A DNA stretch of 64,000 nt from Salpingoeca rosetta (Eukaryota; Protista; Choanoflagellata), in the NCBI GenBank assembly GCA_033442325.1, contig JAWQFM010000001.1, positions 1,482,905-1,546,904 on the forward strand, given 5' to 3'. Below the pieces are notes generated by a model that did no database searches, had not been told where the DNA came from, and worked only from the letters and a program-made list of their open reading frames with translations. A program made the position numbers and the translations under genes. Numbering within the stretch: position 1 is the stretch's first letter; each line of letters begins with the position of its first letter. Below are positions 22,179 through 38,632 of the stretch, piece after piece.

Positions 22179-23427
22179 AGGAGTTTCTCAAGGCTGAGCG
22201 CCAGAATGCCCTCATCTCCGCAGTTACCAGTGCACAGGAAGCGGTGTGTGCTTGTGTCTCAGATAATCCGGGCTTCGTTCACGATGCATGTGGACACAGT
22301 GGTTTTGTTGCCGTGTGCATGTACGTTCGTTTGCGTACGTGTGCGCTCATTTCGACCCTGGTGTGCGTCGCTGTGTGCAGGCTGTTCGTGACTTTCACCA
22401 GCAACACTTTGACCATCTCCAACACGAGTGGGAGCACACGGAGAAGGCCGAGATCCGCAAAATCCTCGGTGTCGAACTGGTCCGTCAGTCAACCTGCGCG
22501 TGTCTATGTGTTTGAGTGTGCCTGTGTCTGTGTGTCTATGTTTCTGTGTCTGTGCGTGTATCTGTGTGCAAGCCTAAACCTATACTTACCTCTGCTTCAA
22601 CATGAAATGCGCCACACTCACCACAACACACAATGTTTCCTGTGATTCCTGCTGCTACTGGTGTACCTGTTCGTCCGTTACCTGGTTGCAGGACGTCACT
22701 TCAAGCTCCCTCGCCCAGAAGGTGGCCGCTTAATCAACACCATCAGCCACCTTGCCCAGCACCACACTTCATGTGTCTCCAACAACCCCTGCTCCTCACT
22801 CACCCAACGACACGTGCACATATGCATACAAACAACACAAACAAACACGCGTGCACACATGCAAACACACACTCACACACCCTCACACGTACGCGTGTGT
22901 GTGTGTCCACAGGATCAGTCCAATGTGTTCCAGGACGTCATTGAAGACTTTGTCGGTCACATCATCGACAACGTGAGTCGACACGCCCGTGCGAGATGAG
23001 AGAAGAGCGAATGTGACGTGCTGATGAATGATGTGTTTGCACAATGGATATGTGGCTGACGTTGCACGCGGTGTTTGAGTGCCGCGTTCCCTTTGCCAAC
23101 CACATACACACCACACACACGCACACGCACACACAATACAACGCGAACATGTAACGTACGCACGCTCTTACGATTGCCCGATGCGTTGTGCTTTGCCTGT
23201 GCAACACAAGACTGCACCGTATCCGATTGTGGAGCGACTGAAGGAGGCCGCCACGACCCTCTACTCCCAGGTCCGCGCTCTCCTTCTGCATGCCATGCAT
23301 ATGTGACTGTGTGCGTGTGTGTCTGTTTGTTTGTATGTATGTCTGTTTGTTTGTTTGTATGTATGTATGTATGTATGTATGTATGTATGTATGTATGTAT
23401 GTATGTATGTATGTATGTATGTATGTG

Positions 23428-23466
<39 letters not shown>

Positions 23467-25056
23467 GCCTGTGTCTGTGTCTGTCTGTATATGTCTGTGT
23501 GTGTGTGAGCACATCCCCCTTCTTTGCCCCCTCCCACGCACAAACACACACACACATACTAATGCACAACTACACAAACGAACCGTGCCTGGTCTGGCTG
23601 GTTCACCTGCTGCTTCCCGCGTGCGCAGGACCAGCGGGCGTTTGTGGACTGCCTTGAGATTGTGCAGTCGATGCTCCGTCCGCCCGAGGGCCCGCTCCAC
23701 GCCGCACACTACGCCAAGGTGCGCCCACTGCTGATGCTGCTGCTGCAGTGCCTGCGCGTGCGTTGGCGTGCGGGACGTTTGCTATTGTGCCACCACCACA
23801 ACCGCCGCCACCACCACCACGATTGTTTCACTCACCCACCGCCACCACCACCACCCATCATCATCACCACCATCACCACCGCCGCCATCCGTGACCAGCT
23901 GCGTACGACACGTGACGGGCGGCAGCAGTATGTGCAGCAGATGCGGCGCAGCGCCATCACGAAACTGCAGGAGCGATACCGGGCCAAGCTCGCCGGCGCC
24001 GACCTGGAGTCGTTTGCGCGGGCCAAGCGCACACAGCACCTGCTGCACGACATGACGCGCGACGACGAGCAGTGGGCGGTGCTGTTCTATGCGCTGCGCA
24101 TGGGCCTGAGGGAGGAGGCACTGCACACCAACCTCTGCCAGCAGGACGCAGACCTCCACGAGGCCGTCGCAAGCGCTTTCGCCTTCCAACAGTGCGTCGT
24201 GTAGGAGGAGAGGGGGTTGGCAGGGAGCAGTGATGGTGTGGTGATAAGTGTGAGAGACAGAGACAGAGAGGGAGACTGGGGATTGCGTGCGTGCACGCTT
24301 TCGTGTTTGGCAATTTGTTGCCTTCGTGGTTTGGATTTGTGTACCACCCTCACACCACCACCATACCCATTACCACACGCTATCAGGCCGTCGTTCCTGC
24401 GCACCGCTGACGGGCGCTCGCTCGTACGTATCTCCACCACGCGCCGGTGTTCGGTCGCCGTGATGTTCCGCCCGATCTCTTTCATTTTCTTTTTCGCGCG
24501 CACACAAACACACAAACAAACAAACTCTGTCTCACTTTCTCGCACACATACACACACGCACACACGCACACATACACACACACATACACACATGTCTACC
24601 ATCACCACCACCAGTATGAGCGGGGTGTGCTTGCGCTCCTGAGCGGCTCTCCCGACAATTTTCCGCGTGAACTTCAGCAGGAAAACCTCGAGGACTACCT
24701 CTGGTTCAAGGTGGGGATGCAATCTTTGGGGAGGGATGTCGTGCCGTGCTGTGCGTGGATTTGTGTGTGCGTGTGCGTGTGCGTGGGTGTGGGTGTGGGT
24801 GTGGATGTGGGTGTGTGGGGGGGGGGGGTGTGGGTGGGTGTGGGTGTGCGTGTGCGTGTGTGCGTGTGCGTGTGCGTGTGTTTGGTGTTGATGATCGCCA
24901 CCAATCCTCAAGCCCCATCGGTTGTTGACGGCTCACACGCGCGTGCATGGTCACGACAGCTGCGGTCGCTGCCGGAAAACGACGTGGCGCAGTACACGGA
25001 GTTCCAGAAGCTCATCAGCAAGTCATACGGTGCGTTGAGTTCCACACGCACGCACG

Positions 25057-25128
<72 letters not shown>

Positions 25129-25573
25129 CCGCTGTTTTTCGCAATGTTGTCCCACACTTGTGTGCAACATCTACACAAACACCCCCACACGTGTGCACTC
25201 ACTCACACTCACTTGCGCCCCCACGAATGTGTTCTCACACGCTACGCTATGCTCACTCACACATACCTATGCACCTTAACGAACGTGCACACACTTGCGC
25301 CCACGGTGGCTGGGCACAGGCGAGTCGCACTTCCAGGCGGCACGCAACCCGTGGAACTACCTGTTTGCGCTTCTGTTCACGGCGCAGTTTGAGCGGGCGG
25401 TTGAGTTTCTGCAGCGGGTTGACCTTGAGCTCGCTGTGCATCTCGCCATTCCCCTGCACCACTACGGCGCCCTGGACGCAACAGAGGACATCTCAGAGAA
25501 CACACGTGAGCTGCACTGTGCTGATGAGGTGGTGGTGGCGGTGGTCATGGTGCTGTTTATGTTGTGTGGTGTT

Positions 25574-25606
<33 letters not shown>

Positions 25607-27553
25607 GTTATGTTGTGTGTTGTTTGCATTGTGTGTGTATATGCGCACATGCAAGTATTAACCTTTCTTTGATCAGTCCCTCACACACACACACACACAT
25701 GTCCTCTCTCACATACAAACGGCCGCAATGACGACAATGTTGCGGGTTTATGCGAGCAGTGGTTGAGCAGCCTGGAGAGGTTGCGTGCCTGTACAACTTT
25801 GGCCTGCTGGTGCAGCGGTATGCGCGTCTGATCATGCGTCAGTCCCCAGCCACCGCCCTCAACTACCTCTACCTCGTCAGGTATGTCAACCTGTCTTGAA
25901 GACAATGGTGGTCCTGATGATGATGATGACATGTGAAGGAGCGTGCTTCATAGGTGGCGCGCATGCAAACACACGAAATACACAACTTGCAAGCAAATGC
26001 GCGCGCTCACGGTCGCTTTTTCACCCACCACCACGGCTCATTGCTGATCATCACCATCAACTCCATCAACTCCATCGCTGTCGCTGTCGCTGCCAACAAC
26101 CAGGTCGATGAAGCTTTCGTCGGCTGCGGACTCACCGTCCGTGTTTGTCGTAAACTTTGCTGACGTCATCCTGGAAAACAACGACGTGCGTGGTCGTGCA
26201 TACGGTGCTGTGATGGGGAGGTGACGGACTGCACATGCATGTCAAGAGACACAGGCTCAGTGGTGAGGATGTTGGGGGTGGGAGTGATAGTGGTGATTGT
26301 GATGTGCGTTACATGCCAGCCAGCTCACGGTGTGCCCTTTGAATGGTGATGGTGCCAACAGCTTGCCTTGCTCGGTGGCTACGACACGTCCATGCGCCAG
26401 GTACTATACCTGCCTTCGAATCAAACACACCCCTCCCCGGCGCGTATCGTGTCTTCCTGTGTTCTTGGCCGGAGGTTTGCGGCTGCTCACGCTGCTCCGA
26501 AACACTCCTACGCCTTCCCCTGCCGCTTTCCCGTTTAGGTGCTTGGTGGCGATCTTGTCCGGTTTATGCCGGACATCAGCGCCCGTCACCGTTTCCTGCG
26601 CGATCTTGCGATTGAATTCCGCTCCCGGGGCAAATTCCCAGAGGCCATCAGGCTCTTCCAGGAGGCACAGGTGAGGGCAGTGGCGGTGATTTTGGTGTTC
26701 TTGTTCTTGTTCTTGTTCTTGTCCTTGTTCTTGTTCTTGTTCTTGTCCTTGTCCTTGTCCTTGTTCTTGTCCTTGTCCTTGTTCTTGTTCTTGTCCTTGT
26801 CCTTGTTCTTGTTCTTGTCCTTGTCCTTGTCCTTGTTTGGTGCTGACGCTGCTGTTGCTGGTGCTTGTGCTCGCAACAGGAGGATGACGAGGCCACAAAC
26901 CTGCTCATCGAGAAGCTGACGGAGGTAAACTGATCCGGCAAGGACTCACACACATACACATACATACACATACACACCCACATACATACACATACACCAG
27001 CATACACAAGCACACTAAATCACACACATACACATGCACACATACGCACGTACACGCACACACTAATCGCCCCTTGCCCCTCCCGCCTCCCTGCTGGGTG
27101 GCCAACTTGCAGGTGATTATCCTTGACGACCACGACGACATTGCGTGGAGCCAGTACTTGGAGCGCAGCCGCTTCGTCCCTGCAGACGCCCCGCGCCGCG
27201 CAGACATCGACGTCCTCGAAAACGTGCGTGCAGCCACTGTCAACCCTGGTCGTGGTTCTCATAGTCGTGGTCGTGGTGGCTGTGATCGTGATCGTGACGG
27301 TGGTCATGGTGGTCGTCGTGAACGGGCGCTTGACGCCTGGGGCTTGGAGGAGTCAGGGCATGCGCTGAGGGCAGTCGTTGGCCGTGGTATTGACATGCTC
27401 GTTGCTGTGTTTTCGCTTTATCATCGCCGCTGCGGGACTGCATCTGGACGGCGACAGGTTGTGCAATTCATCTACGCGTGCCACCGCGAGACAACAACAG
27501 ACCCGCTCTTCTTCTGGCAGGTGCGGACTGGTCTTTGTGTGTGTGTGTGTGTG

Positions 27554-27598
<45 letters not shown>

Positions 27599-28424
27599 CT
27601 TCTGATTCACCTTGTACGTGATGCTGGTCATCGCAGCGGCTTACGTGCTGCATATCCTTTCAATTCACCCAATGGTATCTCCTTGTACGTGTATGTGTGT
27701 GCGTGGGCAGGAGCTGAACCGCATGCAAGTGTTCCCGCTGCACCCGGACGAGGTCGACACGTGCATGCGCAAGATCCAGTCCCTCGGCAAAGAGGTTCGA
27801 CCTGCCGTGCTTGTTCAAGCTCCCCGTGCTGTGCTTGCCTGCTTGCATACATCTCTATGTGCGTGAGTGTGGTCTCTGCTTGCGTTCTTGCTGATGACGA
27901 CGTTGTTGCCACACGCGCAGGTGTCGGCCGTGTTCCCGTCGCTCATCTTCTACGCCATGCGCCTCACGGAGCACAAGCTCAGGGCGGTACGTTTGCACAT
28001 GACACATACACGCACACACGTGTGCGCAGAAGCATGCATGCAAGCAGGTTGAGGCTGTGCCGTGATGTTCGTGCATCGTCTTGCACGCCTACTTATGCTC
28101 ACCCATAATCATCATCAATTGCGAATGCTCATGGATTTACCCACTGCCACATCCCCCACACCACCACTCGCTTCCGCTGTATCCATCATTTTCACCGCGG
28201 TAACTGCTCATTGCACGAAACGACAGCACCAGCAGCGCGTCTCTGGCCACTTTGACGTGCCAGAGGAAGCGAAGAACTGGCAGCAGCGCGGGCGTGCCCT
28301 ACTGACGTTTGCGGTGGAGATGGGTCACACCTTTGGCGCAGAGAAGGCGCAGGTGCTTGAGCGGCTGCAGCTGCTGGTCGAGTCTGTCGAGACGAGCATG
28401 CGCGTGTTTGCCGGCCACCCATAA
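21491..28424 (+). CDS. NUP93: Nucleoporin Nup93/Nic96, multi-exon
   Basis: EFLKAERQNALISAV...EWEHTEKAEIRKILG; WAVLFYALRMG; NLEDYLWFKL; YGESHF...YLFALLFTAQFERAVEFL...AVHLAIPLHHYGAL match Nic96-family motifs. Confidence 0.9.
26692..26837. repeat. (TTGTYC)n hexamer repeat in a NUP93 intron
   Basis: Alternating TTGTTC/TTGTCC units. Confidence 0.9.
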
Positions 28425-28483
28425 GCAAAGAACGTTGCGCAGCTGGATTTTCACTTGGCGTTGCACTTTGGATATGCGACACG

Positions 28484-28523
<40 letters not shown>

Positions 28524-28833
28524 TTGGTGTGTCTTGGTGTGTCTGTGTCTTGGTGTGTCTTGGTGTTGGTCTTGCTCTGCTCGTTGATGCTGTTGTTGGA
28601 GAATGAATACACGGTGCAACCTTTACAGCACATCCTCTGTGTGTTCTTATCGTGTATTGAGAGGAAAGCAATTAGAGGCAACGAAAAGGACACGAGGAAC
28701 AAGAGCAACCGCACATTTGAACGGTGTTGATGGTGACGTGAGAATTTCACCTTTGCTGTGGCTGCAAACTCGGTTGAATTACAGCAAAACATACATGTTG
28801 TGCGTGTGTGTGTGTGTGTTTGATGCTGTCCGT

Positions 28834-29202
28834 TTACTTGTGGTGAGAACCGCTGTCCACGTCATCCAGGCGAACGGAGCCGGCAACATCAACCATGCTC
28901 AGCCCAGACGCTGTTGAGGCAAGCGAGGAGCACACATGGAAATGAGAAAGATGAGGTTGGCGCAACAGTTGGGTCGGGAGACAGCACAACAACATGAGTT
29001 GCAACTGGTGACAGACTGAGGAGGGCGAGATGAGAAGTGCGAGCGCGAGCAGAGCACGGACCAAATGATGCGAAATACTCGTCCTTGGAAATGAGCTTGT
29101 CACCATCCGCGTCCAGCTGCGACCAGATCTGTCCACGATGTGTGTGTGTTTGTGTTTGTGTTTGTGTTTGTGTGTGTGTGTGTGCAAGTGTGAGTGTGCA
29201 AG

Positions 29203-29257
<55 letters not shown>

Positions 29258-29771
29258 AAAGGCGGAAGGCAGGACAGCCGCACGAGGAGGCACTGACTGC
29301 GGCAAGTGAGCCGTCACCATGTCAAACGTTGCGCTGTGGTCGAACTCTGGAGGCATGTCCATGTCGCGGTGCATGTTCTCATACATCTGTTGGATAGAGA
29401 CGGAGGAGTGTGAGCCACGCGCACGCACGGTATCAAGCCACATGCTGAACACATGTTGTGATGTTCATCAGCAAACACACGAATACACGCGCACGCAGAC
29501 ATGCACAACGTACTGTGTCCAATTCATGCGCGTTCAGGTACCCATCGCCATCCTGGTCATACTCCTGTTCACGCATGCACGACAACAACAACCCCCAAAA
29601 TGAAGGGAGGTGCTTGAGCTGCGCCACGTACAAGGTTGGCCCATGCAATGACAAACGCATGCACAGCTCAAGTGCAACGCACAGCGTACCGCAAACAGGG
29701 CATCTCGGTCAAAGTCCACTGCCTTGGTGGCATGCCTGCGCATATACATTCGCATGCGTGTGTGCGTGCGT

Positions 29772-29829
<58 letters not shown>

Positions 29830-30119
29830 GTGCGTGTGTGTGTGCGTGTGTGTGTGTGTGTGTACGTGTGTGTGTACGTGTGTGCGTAAATATAATGTGT
29901 GAATGTGTATGTGTGCGTAAACATGTGCGTGCATGTGTGTGTGAGTGTGCTGCGCTGTGCGTGCATGGCTTGATGTCTAACACGACACCATGCGAGAAAA
30001 AAGAAGGCTTGAAGGTGTGGGCAAATAATGACAGCAGGGCGTGTCAGCACTCACGCTGGGTTCTGCACGACGTTCAAAGCAGCACTCACGCAGCCCAACA
30101 ACACAGCAACAACAAGCAT
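28834..30119 (-). CDS. Small secreted/luminal protein with two EF-hands (MCFD2-like architecture), 6 exons
   Basis: Signal-like [15 protein letters not shown]-hand 1 [14 protein letters not shown]-hand 2 [12 protein letters not shown]. Exon phases are consistent with GT-AG splicing. Confidence 0.75.
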
Positions 30120-30248
30120 GCGACACAGCGCCCATCTTGGTTGGTTTATTTGCAGAAAATTATGAGTGGTGTTTTCAATCTTCATAACTGCCTGTGGTTT
30201 GTTTACTTCAACTCATCCTCGCTCAACTTTCCTGCTCAAACGTCTCAC

Positions 30249-32335
<2,087 letters not shown>

Positions 32336-32628
32336 CGTCTCCTTCGAGGTGCGTGTTGTTGGAAGTGAACTTGAAGAGGTGCGAAGGAAACCCGCGGAAA
32401 AGGTGAATGTGTGAAGGGTACAGGAAAGTGGCGCAGGAAACACACGTCAAGGTGAGAGTCAAGTGAGAGATGCAAGGGATCTGTCAGGCACAAGAACTTT
32501 GTGAGAACGAGCACAAGCAGACGGCAGTGTCACACCAAAGCAGCTTCAGCACCAGCAGCAGCTTCAGCAGCTTCAGCAGCACCAAACCTCCTCGTTTCGT
32601 GTTTTTCCGAATCGGCACAGACGCAAGT

Positions 32629-32718
32629 CAAAATTGACCAACGGCTGAGCCGTTACAGAAGGTCAATTTTGCCTTGGAACCGCGCCGCGCACTGCTTGTT
32701 GTCTTGTTTAGGCGCGCC
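32629..32718. promoter_or_regulatory. CFAP410/CHK1 divergent promoter with a dyad element, an X-box-like motif and an E2F-like motif
   Basis: CAAAATTGACC (32629-32639) and GGTCAATTTTG (32661-32671) form an inverted repeat. TTTGCCTTGGAAC (32668-32680) resembles an RFX X-box. TTTAGGCGCGCCGAAA begins at about 32707. Confidence 0.4.
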
Positions 32719-32752
32719 GAAACAGACCGCCACAACGTGTGTGTGTGTGTGT

Positions 32753-32801
<49 letters not shown>

Positions 32802-32846
32802 TGTGTGTGTGTGTGTCTGTGTGTGTGTGTGTCTGTGTGTGTGTGT

Positions 32847-32877
<31 letters not shown>

Positions 32878-33036
32878 CATCGGGGCCCTTGCTTGTTGTC
32901 CTTCCTTCCTTCCTTCCTTCCTGCCAGCCACCGTCGATCGATTCGTCGCTCCCTAATCCTTTCCTTCCCTCATTTCCTTTTTGCTTTGCTGTAGGTTGCA
33001 TCAATTGCTCACTTGCGTGTGGGGACAATATCGAGC

Positions 33037-33224
33037 ATGTCGTTCCGGGGACACGCCGTGTCATCGCCCGATGGCGGTCACTTCCTGCTCACGGAGACGC
33101 TGGGCGAGGGCGGCTTTGGAAAGTGAGTGCCAGTATGCAGGGATGGCGTGTGTGTGTGTGTGTGTCTGTCTGTCTGTCTGTCTGTGTCTGTCTGTCTGTC
33201 TGTGTGTGTGTCTGTCTGTGTGTG

Positions 33225-33255
<31 letters not shown>

Positions 33256-33994
33256 GTCTGAGTCTGTGTCTGTCTGTGTGTATGCAGGTTGTATCCCCCT
33301 CTGTTGCGTGCATCGCTCTGTGTATCACTCACAGCATTGCCGGTTCATGACGAATCCTCTCGCCTGCGCATGCCATGCATGGGTGTTGTTGCAGGGTGAA
33401 GCTGGCCGAGCATCAACACACACAGCAGCGCATTGCCGTGAAGATCTTCGATCTCGAACGCGTGGCACTCATCAACGTGCGCAAGGAGATGGTCGTGCAC
33501 CGGAACGTCAAGCACCCAAATGTGGTGGGCTTCCTTGGCTTTGAGATTATCCAGAACCACTGCTTCGTAAAGCTGGAGCTGTGTCAAGGCGGCGAGCTCT
33601 TTGACAAGATTGGTGCGTGCGTGTGTGTATCTGTCTCTGTGTGTGTGTGTGTCTGTCTCTGACTGTCTGTGTGTGTGTGTGTGTGTGCGTGTCTGTCTGT
33701 CTGTCTCTGACTGCCTTTTTGTGTGTGCTGTGGGGTGTGCAATCAACTGAGGGTACGAGCAGCTGCTGTCGTCAAGGCGCGATTCGTTGAGCCCGCCTGC
33801 CGCTTGTATGTCCAGGTTCAGCACTCTCGCTCACACCCAGTCTGATCCCAATTGCAGTTCCCGACGATGGCATGCCCCGAGACCAAGCCCACTTCTACTT
33901 CCGGCAGCTGCTCAGCGCTGTGGTGAGTCAACCAGGTTCATAACGTGCGTGTGAAAGAGAGGGAGGGGGGTGTTTCGCTTGCTGCACTCATCAT

Positions 33995-34076
<82 letters not shown>

Positions 34077-34214
34077 CACACATACGTGCTGCTGCATTTG
34101 TCCTGTAGCGGCACTTGCAGAACTCTGGCATTGTCCACCGCGACCTCAAGCCAGAGAACATTCTGGTGGATGCATTTGGTCAGTCGCAATGTGTTGCAAA
34201 GGCCGGCGTGGCGG

Positions 34215-34247
<33 letters not shown>

Positions 34248-34456
34248 GACCACTACTGTGGCTGCTGCTGTCACCGATTGACCATGCGGTCATGTATTTG
34301 GTTGCTGGCTTGCTTGCAGGCAACGTGAAGATTGCAGACTTTGGGTTTGCGACGCTGTTTCGCAATCGGGGCAAGGAGCGCCCGCTGCGCCTCAAGTGCG
34401 GAACGCCGCCGTACGTCGCCCCCGAGGTGTGAGAATGGCCATGATGCTGCTGCTGC

Positions 34457-34504
<48 letters not shown>

Positions 34505-34595
34505 GGGGGAATGGATGGCTGTGTGCAGCTGCGTGGACGTCTGTACTGTGCAGCTCAACGCGTCTTGTTGTTCTTTGCCGCCTGCATCATCATCA

Positions 34596-34626
<31 letters not shown>

Positions 34627-34784
34627 CGTTGTCGTCGTCAGGTGTTGACAGAGTACTATGAAGGCACGACGGTTGATCTCTGGTCCCTTGGCGTCATCCT
34701 CGTCGCCATGCTCGCAGGATGTGTGTACGCCTGGTTGCGTGTTGGTGGTGGAGGATGTGTGTTGTGCTATCCTTGTGCACGTTC

Positions 34785-34825
<41 letters not shown>

Positions 34826-34882
34826 TCTGTCTGTCTGTCTGTCTGTGTGTTGGGATGTGTTGTACTATCCTTGTGCACGTTC

Positions 34883-34950
<68 letters not shown>

Positions 34951-36501
34951 GTCGTCACTGACACTGGCACTGACGCCCACAGGCCTGCCATGGAGCGAGC
35001 CAACCAAGAACTGCCCGCAATATCTCAAGTGGAGCAGTGGCCTCCCGTCCTCAGAGCCCTGGCCCACCATCAAGCGGAAGGACAGGCACGCATACGGTGC
35101 GTGCGTGTGTGTATGTGTGTGCAAATGTGTATACATGTGTGTATGTATACTTATGCAAGTGTGTAGGTTTGTGATGGCTGCATGGTACGTGTGCCAGAAC
35201 CCATTGGGTGGTTTGATTTGGGGTTTGCGCGTTCGTGTTGAATCAAAAAGAGTCGCGTCTACTGCGGCTGCTCACGCGTGTGTGATCCCTTGAACAATTG
35301 ACTGCCGCGCACGAACGGACCAGACCTGCTGCTGGTGATGCTGCACCCGGACGTGAAGGCGCGCGTGTACGACGACCGACTGGAAAACTCCCCATATGCA
35401 AAGCGGTGCGGTGGTGATTGTGACAAGCGTGGGTGCTGGTTGAAGAGGGAGGTGATGTGGTTGTGAATGGGAAAGCGAGTGACATGTCACAGCAATTCTT
35501 TGTCTGCGTCTCCACATCCTTTTACTCACACTTACACAAACACGCTCTCTCATGCCCTGTCATACTCACTCGCATATGCGCACACTTAACACTTTCACAC
35601 ACACACACTCACACACGCACACACTCACACTCACACTCACGCACGCACGCACGCACTCGCACACATACACATATCATGCCACTCGGTGGCCAGCACGACG
35701 CCGTTTACGGAGGCGGTCGGGGCGACGATGATGCTTACGCCGAAGCATGCGCCGCTGCTTGGTGCTGACCAGGGCCCGCGACTCGAGATGACGTGCGATG
35801 CCATGGATGCTTGCAGTAGTGGTGCTGGTGGTGGTGCTGCTGCTGCTGGGACGGGTGGCACATGGGTTGGATGGATGGGTAGTGCTGGTGCTGGAGTGGT
35901 CGGGAAGCCATGCAATCCGTATGGATGTCGGTGAGTTGCACCTGTCAGTGTTGCCTCACACCTGATCCCTCGCCCCATTCCCTATGTGCCCGCTGCTTGG
36001 TGTGCCTGTGTCGGTTCTGCTGTGGCAGCGCCTTTGGTGACCCGGACATGGACGACACACAACGCAGCCAGCAGCCCACAAAACGCCCAAAGTGCGTGAA
36101 TGAACCACGGTGTGGCAATGTGGTGTGAGCATGAGTGTGTGTGTGTACTTGTCCATCACCTACTCACGCCTTTCGCTCACCCCCAACGCCCATCGCACTA
36201 CCACGCATGTGTACGCGTGCACGTGCACAGAATGCAACAAGGCGAGGCAGCGCCAACGAATGCAACAGCGACAACAACAGCAACAGCAGGAGTCTCGGTC
36301 GGCGGGGCGGATGAGGAGCAGGACGAGGCGGGTCGCTCCTGCCGCACAAACTCTCAGAGGAAACTCTGGTTCGAGTCCTCCCTCCGATTCAGAGACATCC
36401 TTGAAAGGTGCGCTTGTGTTGTGAGTGTGATTTGGGGGGAAGCATTCTGGAGGTGGTGGTGGTGTGGGGTGTGTGTGTGTGTGGTGGTGGGGGGGTGGGG
36501 T

Positions 36502-36544
<43 letters not shown>

Positions 36545-36707
36545 GTCACTTGGGACTGTGGCTTGCTCACTGTCTCTCGTGCTCAAATGGACTTGTTCAG
36601 GTTTGAGATGGCGATTGAGGACTATGCAAAGATTAGCAAATCAGAGCTGTCATTTCGTCGCTCTCCACACAAGGCCAATGTGGTGGGTGTACATGTGTTC
36701 GTGTGTA

Positions 36708-36746
<39 letters not shown>

Positions 36747-37367
36747 AAGATGTACCTTGTGTGAACGATCCTAAGCACCACCACTGTTGCTGCTGCCATT
36801 CCTCCTTCCTCCTGTTTTGGAGTGCGCGAGCGCCCCGCTACCGCTCATGCTTATGTTGCAATGGTGCTTAGCTGCTGGTGACCACCCCGGATCCGCACGT
36901 TGGTTTGGAGTCAAAGGGTGACGTCATCTTCAGCATACGCGCCACGGAGCGGCAGGGCAGAACAACCATCGTCGACTTTATGCTCATCAAGGTGCGTGTT
37001 CTGCGTGCATGGTGTGTCTGTGTCTGTGTCCGTGTCTGTGTGTTTGTGTGTGTGTGTGTGTGTGCGTGCGTGTGTGCGTGCGCGCGTGCGTGCGTGGCTG
37101 CCATTGCATTCTGCTGATGTTTTGTCTGTCTGGAGCTGGTTGCGTGGCCTGGCCTGGCCCGGCGTGCGTGTGTGGTATGTGGCTGTATTTCTTGATCCCC
37201 CCTCGCCCTCACTCCACAACTAATGCCCTCCTTTGACTTGTCCGCCGTTGCAGGGTTCTGGTATGCATTTCCGTAAGGTGGTGGCAAACTTGCGGTCATA
37301 TGCCCGCGATGTCATGAGCACGTGCAACAAGCCCTCCCAGGTCCCACCAACCCCATCCCTCGGCTGA
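33037..37367 (+). CDS. CHEK1: Checkpoint kinase 1 (kinase domain plus C-terminal KA1-like domain)
   Basis: TLGEGGFGK; [14 protein letters not shown]...AHFYFRQL; [10 protein letters not shown]; [34 protein letters not shown]; LVAMLAG.LPW; C-terminal [16 protein letters not shown] resembles the Chk1 motif VDFRLSKGDGLEFK. Confidence 0.88.
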
Positions 37368-37735
37368 TCGACGCATGCACATGCACATGCGCGACAGTGC
37401 TGCATGCTTCCACGCCTTACTTACTTGCATTAGTCCGCACAAGTCCACCACTAAACGAACGCACAACAAGCGAGCGAACAACTGAAGGACGTCGAGCACT
37501 CACCGTCGTCTCTTTTTAAAACTTTGGAATGATTTGGTGGGCATTTAAGAAGTGCTGTCCTTCCTTTCCCAACACCGCATACAACGCCACTCACTCGCTT
37601 GGTGTTTGTTCCGTGTTTGGAGCACACAAACACACTCACGGGCGTGCGTGTGTGCATGCGGAGCACACAGCGGCAGAACACATTATTTCGCAGCTCACCT
37701 CAACACATACACAGAGGAGACAGCCATACTCAAGC

Positions 37736-38596
37736 ATGTTGGGCATCACTCCGAAGCAGCGGAGCTTTGCTCTGCTGGTCATGTCTGTGTTCGGATTGAC
37801 GTATCTTTGGTTTCGCAGAGGCATCTTCAACGTTTGGGACTCCATCGGCATGGACCCAAGTCACCTCGTGCAGGTACTTGCGTGGCGCTCGCATGCGTGC
37901 GTGTGCGTCTGTGTGTGTGTGTGTGTGTGTGTCTGTGTCTGTGTGTCTGTGTCTGTGTGTCTGTGTCTGTGTCTGTGTGTGTGCATGTGTGTATGTGTCT
38001 GTGTGTGTGCATATGTGTGTGTGTGTTTGCCTCTCCGTCTCTCTGTCTCTCTGTCTCTGTCTCTCCTCCATCTCTCCGTCTCCCTGTCTCTGTCTCTCCT
38101 CCTCCATCTCTCCGTCTCCCTGTCTGTAATCATTATGTGTGTATTCCCCTATGTAATTGCTTGCACTCCCACTCGATCGCGCTGTCATGCACGCACACTC
38201 TCTCTCATACACACACTCTCTCATACAACATACATTACCCATGCGACCACTGCCCATCTCTCTGCCCTTTTCTGTAGGGAGCTCGCCCTGAAGCCGGTGC
38301 AAGCTTGGAGTCCGAAGACAAGGCGCAGTTTGCGCTCATTGCAGCGGGGACACACACGGCCGTGCTCATCTGCGGCATGGTTCTGTTCATCGTCATCCAC
38401 ATGCTGGTGAACGAGGGCTCGCGCCTGCTGAAGTTGCGATCAACTGCCGCGTCATGGACTCTCCATGGCGTCAGCACCATCGCCAGCACAATCGCATTCT
38501 ACTTTGGCATGTTCCATTTCTTCCAGGGCACGTTCGACAACAAGGACGGCTTTGCCTATCGCTGGGCACGCGGCTTCTTCTACGAAGAGGTACTTG

Positions 38597-38632
<36 letters not shown>

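Noticed and set aside
26404-27013. QGQEQE, KDKNKN and RTRTRT repeat proteins
   Set aside because: Antisense readings of the hexamer repeat in a NUP93 intron.
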